Below, piece by piece: positions 26,889 to 41,169 of a stretch of DNA of 64,000 bases. The stretch is from assembly GCA_964016885.1 (NCBI GenBank), contig OZ024741.1, forward strand, positions 372,248,001 to 372,312,000, written 5' to 3'. Positions within the stretch are counted from its first letter, which is position 1. Each line of letters opens with the position of its first letter. Under the pieces are notes generated by a model. It ran no database searches and had not been told where the DNA came from. It saw only the letters and a list, made by a program, of their open reading frames with translations. The stretch is from Eledone cirrhosa. Taxonomy: Eukaryota. The translations under genes and the position numbers were made by a program.

Positions 26889-27686
26889 ATGCTGACGCCA
26901 TTTTCTATTGAGAATATCTTGACGAGGACATGTCAAAAACAGACTGACAAATTGCCAACACATCATGGACCACTGGGTTCAGATACACGAACGTTTGTTT
27001 ACACAGATGCAGTTGGCCTTAATAGGCCAACACTGTGGTCTAAAAATTTTTCAGTCAGTCAACAACATAAACTTTATCAACATGACGTTCGACAACATCA
27101 ACATCAACAGCCACAACAACATCGACGGCGACAGCAGCAACAACAGCAGCAATTCCATTATAGTCATTACCAACAACAGTTACACCTACAACCACATCTA
27201 AACCACCAACAACTGCAGCAGCAACACCAAAAAGTACAAGAACAACATAACAATCGCTGTCATCAAGAACAATTGCGCAATCATCAACAAAAACACCAAC
27301 AAATCTTTGAACATCAGAAACGGTTGGAAGAACTATTGTATCATCAACGTAAATTCCATTATTTATATTCAAATGACGATTCTAACCGGGCGACAGGTTC
27401 CTCGTGTGGGGAAGAAGAATATGAGGAAAAGTTGGAAGAACAGGAGCAAGATATCGAAGTTTCTTCTCGATCTGATACTGAAGAACCAATGGATTTAGTA
27501 AATGAAGACGACGACGATTTTAACGATGACAGCGATAATGATGAGGATGATAAGAAGGGGGGTGATGTTGATGTTGATGTTGGTGGTAGTAAGCCTAATG
27601 TAGACGATGAAAACACACAAAACCACAAAACTGAAACGAGAGAAGAAAAAGATGAAGAGGAAAGTGCGGAAGAAGATGAAGTAGAA

Positions 27687-27744
<58 letters not shown>

Positions 27745-28728
27745 GTGATGACGAAGAAGAAGACGAAGGAGAAGATGAAGAACAAAAACATCAACAACAA
27801 CACGAACAACAGTATGCAGAAGAGCAAGAAGCAAAACATAAAATAGTTGATAAAAATGGAGACAGTTACGCCAAAGAGGAAATGCCAATATATGTGAAAA
27901 CTGAAGTGAATACCAGCATCGAATTAGACTTAGTAGACAGACATCATAACAACCATGAACATCACCAACACCGTCATCTTCAACACAACCACCAACAACA
28001 TCATCACTATCACTATCATAAAAAATATCAGCGTCAACATAAGCAGCAGCAATCACAACAGACGATACATAACGCCACGAACATATTAGCAGACGACACA
28101 CATTGTCAACCGTCTTTATCTTTCAGTATGACCTCACATAGTGACATCACCGTTACCGCCGCTACTACCTCGACTACTCCTACTGCCACCACTGCTTCTG
28201 TTTCAACAAGTACCTCTAATAGTAATGACAATACCATTAGCACAACCGCATCTACCATGGATATAAAAGATAAGAGCAAAACAGACCACACCAACAGCAC
28301 ACTATCCACAATCACGTTCACAACTAGCACCACCACCAACACAACTACCACCAGCACCACGGCCACAACTTCATCACCAAACAATATCATCAATATCAAC
28401 AACAACAACACCAACAATAATATAAATATCAACAGTAGCTCCCATCCTCCCAACAACAACAGAACCAATATTAGTAAAAACAATAAGATGGCCACGTCAT
28501 CCAATGATGACGTAAATAAGGAAGAGGAGAAAGGACGAACAATTTCAATTAATGTTATCAAAAATATAAACACAAATGACAATTTTTTGCTTCCACCTAT
28601 AACTCTAATTAAAAAAGAGTATGGAGATAGAGACAGATTGCCTGCGACTAACACCAGAGAGTGGGAAAATAATATTTTCCCTCGTGTGGAAAACAGACAA
28701 AAGAAAATTGATCTAGCATACAGAAACG
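26889..28728 (+). CDS. First coding exon of an eh1/TN-motif homeobox transcription factor, probably NK3/bagpipe-like
   Basis: 1.9-kb open frame in otherwise ORF-poor DNA. It begins MLTPFSIENILTR (FSIxxIL eh1; bagpipe-type TPFSIxxILTR) and contains poly-Q/H/D/E/T/N tracts. The splice donor G|GTAAGG at 28728/28729 (phase 1) precedes the in-frame stop. Confidence 0.75.
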
Positions 28729-28910
28729 GTAAGGGACATTTTAAAGTTTCCAATGATATATTTATTAATGTAATATTATGTGTGATATAATTGTATTTGT
28801 AAGTCATACACACACACATACATATATATCTATATACATACATACATATGATACATACATATGATACATACATAAATATATTATATTATATTATATTATA
28901 TTATATTTAA

Positions 28911-29200
28911 GGGCGGTGGATTGGCAGTATCGGTAGAGGAGCGGACACCATGCTTTGACGCATAGAGTTACGGCCCTTGCCATTCTGAGTTCAAATCCTG
29001 CCGAGGTTAACTTTGCCTTTCATCCTTACGGGGTCGATAAAATAAAGTACCAGTAATACACTGGTTAAATGCTGGCCTTGTGCAAAAAGTAGAAACAATT
29101 ATATTATATTATATTTCATCCTTACGGGGGTCGATAAAATAAAGTACCAGTAATGCACTGAGTAATTGCTGGCCTTGTGCCTAACGTAGAAACAATTATA
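28911..29200 (+). mobile_element. tRNA-derived SINE, full copy plus duplicated 3' half
   Basis: A-box-like tggcagtatcgg, B-box gagttcaaatcc, Nin/Deu-like central domain and AT-rich tail. Confidence 0.9.
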
Positions 29201-29260
29201 TTATATTATATTATATTATATATATCTTCTTCGCTCACTTATTCTTGGTAGGGTTGTAAT

Positions 29261-29295
<35 letters not shown>

Positions 29296-29724
29296 AAAGA
29301 TTCAGGACCCCGACGGTTGAGATCTGGCCGTTTCGACAGCTAGATCCGAACTGGTAAACTATCAGATGGACCATAACTCGTCGGACCTCTGCTGTTATCA
29401 TTACAACAGCAGAGATCCGACGAGCTTTTGATTCCAGAGTCGGGCCAGGTCACTATAGATCGAACCTTGAGCTGATCAATAGCGAAACGCGGGTATCATA
29501 TTTGCACTCTGCTTAGCTCTACACCTCGCCACAGACGTGAACCTAAACATCGAGTGCTCACCTGGGTGAACCTACAGTAACTTCACGTTACACTCCCTGG
29601 ATATATATATAGATCTACCAATTCATAATATTATATTATAAAATTAAATCAAATTATTTAGAACTACAAGTGAAGTCATTCTTTTCCTTTTTAAAAAAAA
29701 AAAAAAAAAATAAATAAATAAAAA

Positions 29725-29814
<90 letters not shown>

Positions 29815-29966
29815 ATGGATGCAGTAAAAACCAGTAAGACCATTACTCACCAGAGTACTCGATTCATGGGGCAGTAGAGTGGGTAATATGAAAAATTAAT
29901 GACCCCGACGACTAAATTCCTGCCGTTTCAACAGCTAGATCTGAACAGCCGTCGGGGTCATGAATT

Positions 29967-30036
<70 letters not shown>

Positions 30037-30329
30037 TGTGTTCATACACACACACACACATATATATGCATTATAAAAAAGAGAGACGGTTTTGATGTAT
30101 ACATTCTAACCGTCTCTCTTCTTTATAATATTGACACACCGGCTAATACCTTATAGCTAATACCTTAATGGACCCATGTCGTGGAGTGCTTACGACTGGT
30201 TACGCTTTAGTCGGTCGTGTAATTGATCAACCAACGTTCCTTTACTTGAACTATATATATATGTGTATATAAGTTTGACAACTCCGAACTACAAGTGGTT
30301 TCTATATAATCAGGTACTTTTGAGAAAAT

Positions 30330-31790
30330 ACTGTCTACATTATGCGGTGAAGTTGCTCAGGGTCTGATTTGTGCTAGACCTCCAAGTGGATAAGAACTGA
30401 GATGATGTATCGAGCAGGGTGGCCACTCTAATCCAGATATGGACTAAGAGGAAGTTACCCCTGAAAGGTCGGGAAGAGGTGGTGAACGCGTAAATCGCCT
30501 CCGTCATCTATTACCACCAGACCGTCGTGTCAAGCCCCTGTCTGCGGCTTACCAAATTGGAGTGCTTAGTCTTCCACCTTTTGGGGAAAAGTCGTGTTTC
30601 ATTGGTGAAGCGGTCCATTTGCTGCCAGCACTCTCTACACGAAGCGCCGGGCATGCCGTAGCTGATGATATGCAAACATGCGCTGAGGCTACGGCATCTC
30701 CAGATATTCCTAAACGGTGAACAGGTGTGGTCGCCGTTTGTGAGACGGGTCTTTCTGCAGCTCGTCTCTTTGATTGGGTCAAACGAAGCACAAAACTGAG
30801 CTCCTGGCATCTGCAATGTTGTCAGGCGGGCACTGCTCTCTGCCAATCGGGCAATGTGGTCAATGGAAATTCCACTCTAGTGTTCTTCTAAAAGACTAGT
30901 GGTGGGCAAGATCAACGATGTTCTCTGTGTCGACGAAGTCAAACCGGTGACTATGGACCAGGTATGGGCAACCTTTTTCGAGCAGTGGGCTGCATAGGAT
31001 GTGGCTTATCATATGGCGGGCCGCACTACAAAAACATTCGAGGCAATTTTGGAATTAGGCGTGCCATTCAGAAAGCCAAACGGGCCGCAGTTTGTCTATG
31101 ACTGCTATAGAAAATTTCTAGAAATTCCTGGATTGTCAATGATACTGGCAGGCAAACTCTACAGGAACAGAAGTGCGGTCAAGAGGAGATGCGTGCAGAG
31201 CGACGGAACCGTTCTACAGGCTCACTCGTCGTGTGTCCGGGTATTGCTGACTTGTGGAGTTTTGTTGAACAACTATTGTTGCGTGTAGGATAGATCTGGC
31301 TATTGACCGACTCCATCGTGGAGATCGCTCCACAGCCTTCTTTTTGGCCGGCAAATGCAAGCAGTTTTCTTGTCTGGTGGCTATAGCGAAACAGATTGTG
31401 TGGACGCGACTGAAAGGACTGAATACATACACTTTCCTTTTCAGTCAAGCCTCATAAACTGTTTCAAGTTACACTTGGAAAGAAATGTGAGGGTGGAGAG
31501 GGAAGAGCTTACCCTCCACTCTGTACATTTGTTAAAAGGTGGGTAATGTAGCAAAGACGACCCGAGAGAATGGGCCTACTTAGACCATGCGCCTGTGGGC
31601 CGGAGTCTTCTTCGATGGTGCTCTTGGTGATTAGGATGGTTCCAGATCTGTATGGCTCCTAAACTACTCCTTGGTGGTGCTTCCCTCTATTGGGGAATTT
31701 TTATTGTTTGTTTTTATCTATTTTATTTGTTTACACGTTTTCAAATATTTGTAAATCCTCACTCTCCCTGTCTTTTGTAATGCCCTACAT
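30330..31790 (+). mobile_element. Decayed 3' part of a Tx1/L1 LINE related to 7006-10215
   Basis: Recognisable nucleotide similarity (ggtgaacgcgtaaatcgcctccgtcatctattaccacc; catgcgctgaggctacggcatctccag; gtgagggtggagag). Confidence 0.8.
30959..31104. mobile_element. hAT-type MITE inserted in the LINE
   Basis: TIRs caggtatgggcaac / gtttgtctatgactg, internal gggccgca motifs and an imperfect 8-bp TSD ctatggac/ctatagaa. Confidence 0.7.
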
Positions 31791-31834
31791 GTTCCAGCAC
31801 CTGAGGTCAACATGCTTTATGACATATAATTACG

Positions 31835-32000
31835 AGTAGAGTTACGGTGCTTTACGTTCTGAGTTCAAATCCTGCCGAGGTTAACTTTGCCTTTCATCCT
31901 TACGGGGTCGATAAAATAAAGTACCAGTAATGCACTGTTCGATTTAATTGACTTTTCCCTTCCCTTCAAATTGCTGGCCTTGTGCCTATACTAGAAATCA
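31835..32000 (+). mobile_element. tRNA-derived SINE
   Basis: Consensus match, 5'-truncated. Confidence 0.8.
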
Positions 32001-32016
32001 TTATTATTATTATTAT

Positions 32017-32694
32017 TGTTCTTTGAGTCTCAGTCATTTATGTTATTTAACTGGAAAGTTTGTTGAAATGAATATCAAGCCACTACCTGCAGCCTCAGAC
32101 ATTCAGGACGTATCGGAGGGTTCTTGCTGTTCCCAGTAAGCATGCCTTTTGAAGTGTTCCAAAAAGCGGGGCTGGACAAATCTTCTTTAACTATCCTTGG
32201 AAACTCTTTGAGATAGTACCTAGTGCGCCTATAACAATCGGGACGACCTTGATTTCATGGCAGTTCCAAATCCTTTTTACCTCCCACTTTAAATCCTGGT
32301 ATCGGTTAATTTTCTCCCTCTCCTTTTCTTGCACTCTCGTGTCAAATAGGCAGGCTACATCTACAATCAGGCACGATCTTTTTTCCTTGTCCAAAACCAC
32401 CAGGTCAGGCCTATTGTGTTCTAACTTCTTGTCCGTCTGTATCCTAAAATCCCATGATCGTTTTCTATCACCGACTCTGGCTTATACCACTTCTCAGAAT
32501 GTGGTATATTGTTTACTTTGCATAGGTGCCAGTGGATCAGCTTGCCTATCACATCATGTCTCCAGCCTTTATAGTGAGTCTGGGCTAGATGTTTACACTC
32601 GGATACAATGTGAGCCACAGTCTCCTCTCTCTCTCGCCACAGATCCTACACAGTGGGCTAGCTTCCTCCTTGTCAATATGGTGTTTCACCCACT
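32017..32694 (-). mobile_element. R4/Dong-like non-LTR retrotransposon 3' fragment (CCHC + restriction-like endonuclease)
   Basis: HIVSECKHLAQTHYKGWRHD; RPDLVVLDK..IVDVAC..EKINRYQDL..VVPIVIGALG. Both ends abut (TAA)n. Confidence 0.85.
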
Positions 32695-32711
32695 TTATTA
32701 TTATTATTATT

Positions 32712-33032
32712 AACTTTGCCTTTCATCCTTACGGGGTCTATAAAATAAAGTACCAGTAATGCACTGGGTAATTGCTGGCCTTGTGCCAAAAGTAGAAACA
32801 ATTATTATTATTATTATTATTATATCGGTAGAGAGCCGGATACCGTGCATAGAGTTACTTTGCAGCATAGAGTTACGGCCCTTTACGGTCTGAGTTCAAA
32901 TCCCGCCGAGGTTAACTTTGCCTTTCATCTTTACGGGGTCGATAAAATAAAGTACCAGTCATGCACTGAGGTTTGATTTAATCGATTTTCCCCTTCCCCA
33001 AAATTACTGGCCTTGTGCCTATATTAGAGATC
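32712..33032 (+). mobile_element. tRNA-derived SINE (partial plus near-full copy)
   Basis: Consensus match. Confidence 0.85.
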
Positions 33033-33159
33033 ATTATCATTATTATTGATATACAGTTAAGCTTAACCATAGGGCAGAGAATCCTTAAACTAATATCTAC
33101 ATTCTACTTTTCTTACGTGTCATAATGGTCTCAATTACTAACATCTATTTATATATATC

Positions 33160-33226
<67 letters not shown>

Positions 33227-33263
33227 ATATAAGTATATATATATGTATATATGTATATAAATA

Positions 33264-33299
<36 letters not shown>

Positions 33300-33454
33300 T
33301 TAGTTAAGCAAAACAAGACGACAAATCTCATAAGGAAGACATTATTAAAAGATTGTCAACATATTTTAGTTTGATGTAAGGAATGTAGAGAATAATAATA
33401 ATAATATTATTAACATATTTAAAAAACAGAGTGGCTCATTGGAACTTCAAAGGA

Positions 33455-33502
<48 letters not shown>

Positions 33503-33515
33503 ACATGTATATAAA

Positions 33516-33548
<33 letters not shown>

Positions 33549-33590
33549 GTACATGTTTATAGATGTGTGTGTGTGTATATATATATATAT

Positions 33591-33688
<98 letters not shown>

Positions 33689-33796
33689 ATATTGTAGATG
33701 TATATATACATATATTATAGACGTATATATGTATGTATATATATAATTGGAAATCAGTAAAATCGATTCTCTGGCGGTTTGCAAGTAAATTCGGGC

Positions 33797-33842
<46 letters not shown>

Positions 33843-34046
33843 TTGATAAACTATATATATGTGTTTGTGTCTATATTGTATCTGTATTTTTGACCGTTGG
33901 TCAGTCAATGGCAACATTGAGGACCGAATAAATTAAATTAACCGATATAAAAGACACAGAAGCGAAAAGCGAAAACCAACCAAACAGTGAGTGTGTTCTG
34001 TTATTAATTCTGCCAATATTACACAAATATGACCCTCCCCAAGTAT

Positions 34047-34127
<81 letters not shown>

Positions 34128-34226
34128 TGTATATATGTATATACTAATTTAAGGTAACACAACATATATACTATGTATAATGCTTGTGTTTCTCAGTAGA
34201 AAAGAATATTTTGTCCAGAGCATCAA

Positions 34227-34809
34227 TAATTCAAATTAAGAGATATATGTATATATATAGAGAGAGAGAACGAAAGTGCCATATATCGTTTGAGAAACAC
34301 ATAGTATTTTGTAGATACATAAAGCACATAATATTTAGGAAAAATACGTACTTCAAGGTGGAAAAAGTTCTTCTTTCCTTATGGTGGCATTTCATGAATC
34401 GAAAAACCATAACAAATATCGATCTAAGCTCGATCATCGATCATCAACTATCGCATTTAGTAAAGCTACGAGAGATGCGAATCAATCATCAGAGGAATTT
34501 CGCCTTTAAACAAAGTTCCAATAGAGTATAGCGTACAAAATACTTTTATATATCTGCCACGATACGCAAGTTATGCCATCACCATAGACGGTATGGTGTA
34601 ATAATGTTTTAACTGTGGCGGCAGATATAGACAAGACTGGACGTCATATCCGCTAGAAAGAGGTGCGAAATACTAGTGACAGTGTATTGAAGTACGTATT
34701 TTCCTAAATATTATGTGCTTTATGTGTGTACAAAATACTATCTGTTTTTCAAACGATATAAGGGTTTTTCTCACTGTCTCTCTCTCTATATATCTCTTAA
34801 TTTGAATTA
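34227..34809. mobile_element. Foldback/MITE-like element with ~125-bp terminal inverted repeats
   Basis: 34227-34356 is the imperfect reverse complement of 34687-34809. It has a unique ~330-bp core and lies between (TA)n tracts. Confidence 0.7.
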
Positions 34810-34853
34810 CGTATATATGTATACTATATATATACCTGTGTATAAATTTACAC

Positions 34854-34994
<141 letters not shown>

Positions 34995-35083
34995 GGTGTA
35001 AATGTATACACACGTATATATATATATAGTATACATATATACACATCTGTGAGAAAAACCACAGACCCTCCATCTCAACTCTA

Positions 35084-35120
35084 CTTTTGAAAAGCAGAAG
35101 AACTGCGAAACCGGTAAAGG
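35084..35120 (+). ncRNA. Minimal hammerhead, family A copy
   Basis: CTT TTGAAAA GCAG aagaa CTGC GAAA CCGG TA AAGG. Confidence 0.65.
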
Positions 35121-35252
35121 AACCAAATAAATATATATATATTTTTTAAAAAATAAGGCTCCAGTTGCATTTTCGATTTCATCTTTTTTTCTTTATACTT
35201 TCACTCGTGTAGGACACCTCGGTTATTTTTCATTTTGTAAAGAAAACCTCAG

Positions 35253-35393
<141 letters not shown>

Positions 35394-36243
35394 CCTTAAC
35401 ACTTACCACAAAGTAAAATATTTTGTTTTAAACATTTTCTAACCCAGAAAAAAGATTATAAAAAAAGGAAAAAAAAGAAGAAAAAAAAGATTTTTCTCCC
35501 TAATAATCGTTTTTCTCCCTATTTACACATATATATATATATAAAAATATATATATATTATTACACATATATATATATGTAATTGGAAAATAGTAAAATC
35601 GAATCTCTGGCGGTTTGCAAGTAAATTCGGCCTACTTATATGAAATGATGAGTTAGCAAAGCACTCGATAAGTTGGGGCCTTAGAGTAATAACATACGTT
35701 TAAATAGCTTGACAAATCGAACATTGTGGTAGGCCAATCTGACACACAATATATACCAAAGTAACGATAGAACTAATCAGGTTGAGAAAAATACACCTGG
35801 ACAAATCAAACGATCAATCGTTTAAAGTGTTTCTTTGAATCCTAAATCAAATATCAGACTTACGTGTATATATATACATAATATTTGACGGCTTATAAGA
35901 TGCAATCTTTTTTCCAAAATATGTCCCAGAAAATCACCCTGCGTCTTATAAGGTCAAGTGTCAGTTTGGGTTACTAGTTAGTGAGATTTTAGTGCTGCAG
36001 TGGCCCTTAAATTAAACTGAAAACATATCCGCAAATATAAACAAGGTGGTGATCGCTTCTAAACCAATGGCTACAATTTTAATAAATTTTATGATGAATG
36101 AAATAAATTTATTTTCCACTTTCTTTCATTTTAAAAATGTACTAAATACAATGTAGAGAATATAATTAATTAATTTTCACACTTCATTTTTAAAATGTAC
36201 TAAAATATTACCAGAATTACGATGTAAATTGTTAATAAAAAAT

Positions 36244-36405
36244 AATTGTTTCTACTTTTGGCACAAGGCCAGCAATTACCCAGTTCATTACTGGGTCTTT
36301 ATTTTATCGACCCCGTAAGGATGAAAGGCAAAGTTAAACTCGGCGGAATTTGAACTCAGAATAGCAAGGGCCGTAACTCTATGCGGCAAAGCATGGCGTC
36401 AGACC
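36244..36405 (-). mobile_element. tRNA-derived SINE
   Basis: Consensus match. Confidence 0.8.
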
Positions 36406-36426
36406 CTGTTAATAAAAAATAATGTT

Positions 36427-36528
<102 letters not shown>

Positions 36529-36658
36529 AGTGGAAGCTTAGTAAAATCGAAGCTTTGGCTGTGGCCAAGCAAAGCCGACCTACAATAAGGAATGAGTAGC
36601 AAAGCACTCAATAAGGGTAGGTCCTTAGAGTTTAAAAGCTTGACAAATTGAAAATTGC

Positions 36659-36768
<110 letters not shown>

Positions 36769-36914
36769 CATACACATATATATACATACATATATATATA
36801 TACACACACATACACACACCTATATATATATATGTACAGGGTGTTCCCACAGCATTCTAATAAAAGTGTGTATACATTTTTTTTTGGGGGGGGGGACATC
36901 CTGTATATGTACGG

Positions 36915-37160
36915 GTGTCTCCCAAAAGTCACCTCAAAAGTCACACAGAGGGGACTGAGGTTAGCTGGACATGGTCACCGACATCCAGAGTTGACACTGC
37001 ATTCAGTGGTCCTGTGGGACCCCTACACAGACACACTAGAAGAGGGAGACTGAGGATGCCCTAAGGACAGACACTGTTCGCTGGGAGACGCAGAACATAG
37101 CGCGATGATGAAGGACAGATACCGCTGGAGAGAACTCGTCCACGGATCTCGGGAATTTTA
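36915..37160 (+). mobile_element. Short RTE-like 3' remnant
   Basis: [12 protein letters not shown]...VVLWDP resembles the RTE C-terminus. Confidence 0.5.
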
Positions 37161-37249
37161 CTGGTCCTATATATATATATATAAATATATATAATTATTA
37201 AAATAACGGATTAAAGTTAAAGCAAAGAATCGCTGCTTTTACCCTTCGC

Positions 37250-37285
<36 letters not shown>

Positions 37286-37415
37286 TATATACATACCCAG
37301 AGAGTGTAAGGTGAAGTTACTGTAGGTTCACCCAGGTGAGCACTCGATGTTTAGGTTCACGTCAGTGGCGAGGTGTAGAGCTAGGCAGAGTGTAATATAA
37401 TATAATAATAATATA

Positions 37416-37604
37416 TAATTGTTTCTACTTTTGGCACAAGACCAGCAATTACCCAGTACATTACTGGTACTTTATTTTATCGACCCCGTAAGGATGAAAG
37501 GCAAAGTTAACCTCGACGGGATTTGAACTCAGACCATAAAGGGACGTAACTATGCTAGAAAGCATGGCGTCCAACACTCTACCGATGCTGCCAATTCACC
37601 GCCC
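37416..37604 (-). mobile_element. tRNA-derived SINE
   Basis: Consensus match, full length. Confidence 0.85.
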
Positions 37605-37750
37605 CTGTAATAATAATATAATAATATAATAATACAAGGACGATTTGTTAACCTTCATTACGTTTATTTATTGGTTACGCGCGTTTCACTATTGATCAGT
37701 TCAAGGTTCAATCTGTATCGATCTGGCCCTACTCTGGAATCAAAAGCTCG

Positions 37751-37862
<112 letters not shown>

Positions 37863-38132
37863 AAGAGTAATTATTTGAAAAATCTAAAATTACTTAAGAT
37901 ATGCCAAGAAAATTTCAGCGTCATTCTGTAATCCACAAACACAGCCAACTGATCCTTTAAAGTGTAATCCACAGGGAACAGTTATTCAAGGTACTGTACG
38001 AATGTAAGGACGCTGAGTATTAATAACAAATAAATGTAAACGTTCAAACGGAATTAAAAAAAAAATTATTGTGTGTATATATACATATATATATATGTAT
38101 GTATATATATATATATATACACATACATATAT

Positions 38133-38240
<108 letters not shown>

Positions 38241-39185
38241 TACCCGTATTACCCGCGCCTTGCTGCGTTCACACATTTTTTTGTAAGAAAATGATGATTG
38301 ATTTTAAATCAATGATATCATTTATGGAGAAAAACTCTGCATTTCAATATTAGTCAATGTAAAATGTAATGCATGAAAAATTGGAAAACATTATTTTTTG
38401 TAAGATATCAAATCAAAATTACATTAGTAAATCTTATTCTTATTTTGTTTCTTGTAAATCATTTTTTTCAAAATATCATTCAAAACTTGAACATTTCATT
38501 TTTATGTAAAGCATTATTTTCAAATTAGAAATTCAAAGTTTAATTATTTATTTTTTAACATAATAAATACGTGAAACTATATTACATACTTTGTCCTAAT
38601 GAAGAAGTTCAGGGTAAACAACATTTCTTGTCTTTCTTTGATTGGCTAAAATGTAGAGATTTTTTGAAGTTCTAGTCCTTGAAACAACCACATAAAACAT
38701 GCCATGACTGAAACATGGGTTTGTCAGATCTATACCAATAGTTTTGCAAGTTTGACCTGGACTCTTATTAATTCTCATGGCAAAGCATGGCTTCACTGGG
38801 AATTGCAGCCTCTTAAATGTAAAAGGCAACTCGCTATCACTTGGTATAAGTGGAATCCTCGGAATGAGAAGAGCTTGACCTTTGTAAGCCCCGAATATAA
38901 TGGTTGCTTCAATCAGGTTCTCAGGCAATCTTGTTACAACACATCTTGTTCCATTTATTGGCCAAAATTTTCACTATATGGGGTTTAATCCCCATTAGGG
39001 TGTCTTAATATTATTGAAATTGGCTGAAATTTTGTGAATAGGCATCATATCTTGTCATTTACCTATGGTTTAAATTTCATATAAATCGAAGGGAAAAGAT
39101 TTTCAGCGGGGGTTAAAATGAAATATACTTATCCAAGTACCCAGAGCAATGTAGTTTCAGAATATATATGTTTATGGGGGTCTAT
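38241..39185 (-). mobile_element. Non-autonomous Helitron derivative carrying the PIF1-helicase C-terminus
   Basis: ORF 38596-38928 LIPRIPL..FKRLQFPVKPCFAMRINKSPGQT..FSHGMFYV; 3' hairpin cgcagcaaggcgcgggta. Confidence 0.85.
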
Positions 39186-39379
39186 TTCCAAAACCACTTC
39201 TGGACTCCAGAAATAACCGTCGAAACGGCTCGAGTTCTGCCGCCGGGGTTGCGCATTAGAGCAAAAATCACGAGCACTCTATCTCAAAATTATTTTTGAA
39301 AAGCATTAGAAATGCGCAACCGGTAAAGAATTAAAACTAAAACTGAATACTAACTAATACTTATTACTAATTTATACTA

Positions 39380-39556
39380 GGGCGGTGGATTGGCAGTATC
39401 GGTAGAGGGTCGGACGCCATGCTTTCCAGCATAGTTACGTTCCTTTACGATCTGAGTTCAAATCCCGCCGAGGTTGACTTTGCCTTTCATCCTTACGGGG
39501 TCCATAAAATAAAGTACCAGTAATGCACTGGCCTTGTGCCTAAAGTAGAAACAATT
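39380..39556 (+). mobile_element. tRNA-derived SINE
   Basis: Consensus match. Confidence 0.85.
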
Positions 39557-39668
39557 ACTAATTTATACTTATTCCTAATTAAACTATTTTTCACTGGGAA
39601 AAATTTGTCACCATTTTCTTTTCCTTTTTACTAATATATCACAACTCGTGTGTCACACTTCTATTTTT

Positions 39669-39699
<31 letters not shown>

Positions 39700-40867
39700 T
39701 CTCTTTTACCTGTTTCAGCCATCCGGCTGAGGCCATGCTGGGGCACCGATATATTTTGTTTTTCGTCTCTAACTCCACTTGACTGCGTTTCGCTTGTGTC
39801 AGAGGCTGTGACCCCGGGTGAACTAGTAGTACCGTTAGTAGGGGGTCGAAACTGCCAAAGTCCACCTCGACGGCTGATGACACTGGAGTTCTGTGTCTTC
39901 CGTTTATCTTTCTATGTTTAAAAAAAACAATTTTTAAGGTTCCTCTTTTCCTTTGTTGCCCAGTCTGTTAATTTTCCTCAGTTCATCATTAATAATCTGT
40001 GACGAACGTGTTATCTCTTCCCCTCCCTAATTTATATGGCTTATACACACACACACACACATATATATAAATAAATATATATATATATATATATATAGGA
40101 TAATGTGTGAAATCCTTGGTACAGTTAGGTATATTTAAAAAAAGGAAAAGAATGACTTCACTTGTAGATCTAAACAATTTGATTTAATTTTATAATATTA
40201 TGATTTTACAATTTGGTTTTGTAGATCTAGTAAGTTCTTTGTTAACGTGGGGAGATTTTAAAAAGATTCCTCGTTTAATTCCTAGAGAACTTTCTCGCAT
40301 TCGTCGGTGGCGTTATATATATATAGGTAAGTTATTCCGGGTTGAATCGGAGGTAACCACAGTAAGTAAGGTACTCAATACATAGCAGAGTATAAAAGTT
40401 TTGATATAGATGAGATTCTACAGGACTAGAACTGTTTCATTCTTTAGAAATCATCAAAAACAAATGTTGTGGTATTTATATCTTTTCAGGTGGTAGGAGA
40501 GGGTGGGGAGTGGGATGGGTGGAGGTCATTGGTTGAAAGAAAAGGGAATTCATTAAAAGCTAATTCTTTAAGGCTATAATTTATATATAGAGTGACAAAG
40601 GCAGAAAGAATTCTGAATGGGGTGCCACTCCTTATTTTTAAGTTTCTCTTAAGCTAACAATGCCTATATTTCAGGTGTCTATAAGATGGTTGGGGGTTGG
40701 TCATGGTTGATGGGTTTAAAGAAACGGGAAATTCTTTAAAAGCTGATTCTTTAAATACTTAGAGTGACAAAGGCCAAGAGAAGGCCAAACCAGTTCAAAA
40801 TATTGGGTGCCCATCATATCATTATTGTCATATTTCTCTTAAGCCATATTCCAGGTGTCAACAGACA

Positions 40868-40945
<78 letters not shown>

Positions 40946-41169
40946 CGCCACCGACGAATGCGAGAAAGTTCTCTAGGAATTAAACCAGGAATCTTTTTAA
41001 AATCTCCCCATGTTAACAAAGAACTTACTAGATCTACAAAACCAAATTGTGAAATCATAATATTATAAAATTAAACCTGGCATTTCGAGCCACTTTTTCC
41101 ATATAAAACAAGTAACATTCAGAGACCAACCAGATGTGAGAAAAACCACAGACCCTCCATCTCAACTCA

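Noticed and set aside
28729-28790. C-terminal 20 codons of the 633-aa ORF
   Set aside because: They follow a good GTAAG donor and are most likely intronic read-through.
28911-29000. tRNA gene
   Set aside because: The A/B-box-like motifs belong to the head of a multicopy SINE; there is no cloverleaf.
37671-37750. GAAA-CGCGCG-TA palindromic helix-III-like motif (-), related copy ~29420-29495; similar partial motifs at ~57150-57178, 42725-42765 and 20165-20210
   Set aside because: No intact CUGANGA-stem II-GAAA combination could be assembled.
39802-39868. Degenerate HHR-like motif gagg-CTGTGA-cccc...ggggtc-GAAA-c..GTC-cacctc
   Set aside because: The core is incomplete and it is single-copy here; it may be a decayed HHR but is not callable.
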